In this document: piece after piece, positions 63,739 through 64,000 of the stretch
Position numbering within the stretch: position 1 is the first letter of the stretch
Layout of the letters: the number at the start of each line of letters is the position of its first letter
Assembly: GCF_006345805.1 (NCBI RefSeq)
Contig: NC_043004.1
Location: 45,384,001 to 45,448,000, forward strand
Length of the DNA stretch: 64,000 nucleotides
Origin: Octopus sinensis
Taxonomy: Eukaryota
Reading direction: 5' to 3'
Position numbers and translations under genes: made by a program
The notes under the pieces: generated by a model
Seen by the model: only the letters and a program-made list of their open reading frames with translations
What the model was told of the DNA's origin: nothing
The model's database searches: none

Positions 63739-64000
63739 TGCTTTTTTTTTTCAGTCATAGAGTTAGATTTATGAAGGTCTTCAGTAGAAATCCTTCGAAT
63801 TCTGACTCGCTGCTTGATATAATGAAATTCGTATCCATTTTTTGTCAGAATTACAATAGGAACAAATTTCGGAAAAAAATCTCCCATAATTCACGGAATT
63901 AAAATTACACTTCGATTTTTGTACAAAACTGTATTTGAAGTGTTTACGAAGTATAATACGTGTTTTCACGAATGTACTAAAGAGATTTACTCTGATATTC

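Overview
AT-rich, microsatellite-saturated animal genomic DNA. The repeat families look like those of an Octopus (coleoid cephalopod) genome; this assignment is from memory of the repeats, not from a search. Only one protein-coding gene is supportable: ZC3H10 (+ strand, CDS 26446-27708, 420 aa, whole CDS in one exon, three CCCH fingers plus a coiled coil). Nearly all other ORFs in the supplied track are microsatellite artefacts. The rest of the window is layered mobile DNA: at least three tRNA-headed SINE families, 3' ends of an RTE-clade LINE, two nested mariner relics, a maT/Tc1 fragment, TTAA (piggyBac-type) MITEs, palindromic MITEs, four non-autonomous Helitrons and several Penelope-like pieces with hammerhead-ribozyme-like cores. 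Most interesting: (i) a tRNA-headed short element that carries a hammerhead core, (ii) a ~970-bp foldback with hammerhead-like remnants beside a Penelope-type minimal hammerhead, (iii) a Helitron whose 3' end is a perfect 17-bp palindrome and so reads as a terminator on both strands, (iv) a 3x20-nt YGCY-rich repeat in the ZC3H10 3' UTR, and (v) a head-to-tail stack of six or more SINEs built in their own (AAT)n tails. All coordinates were counted by eye; repeat boundaries are approximate, and family assignments need database confirmation.
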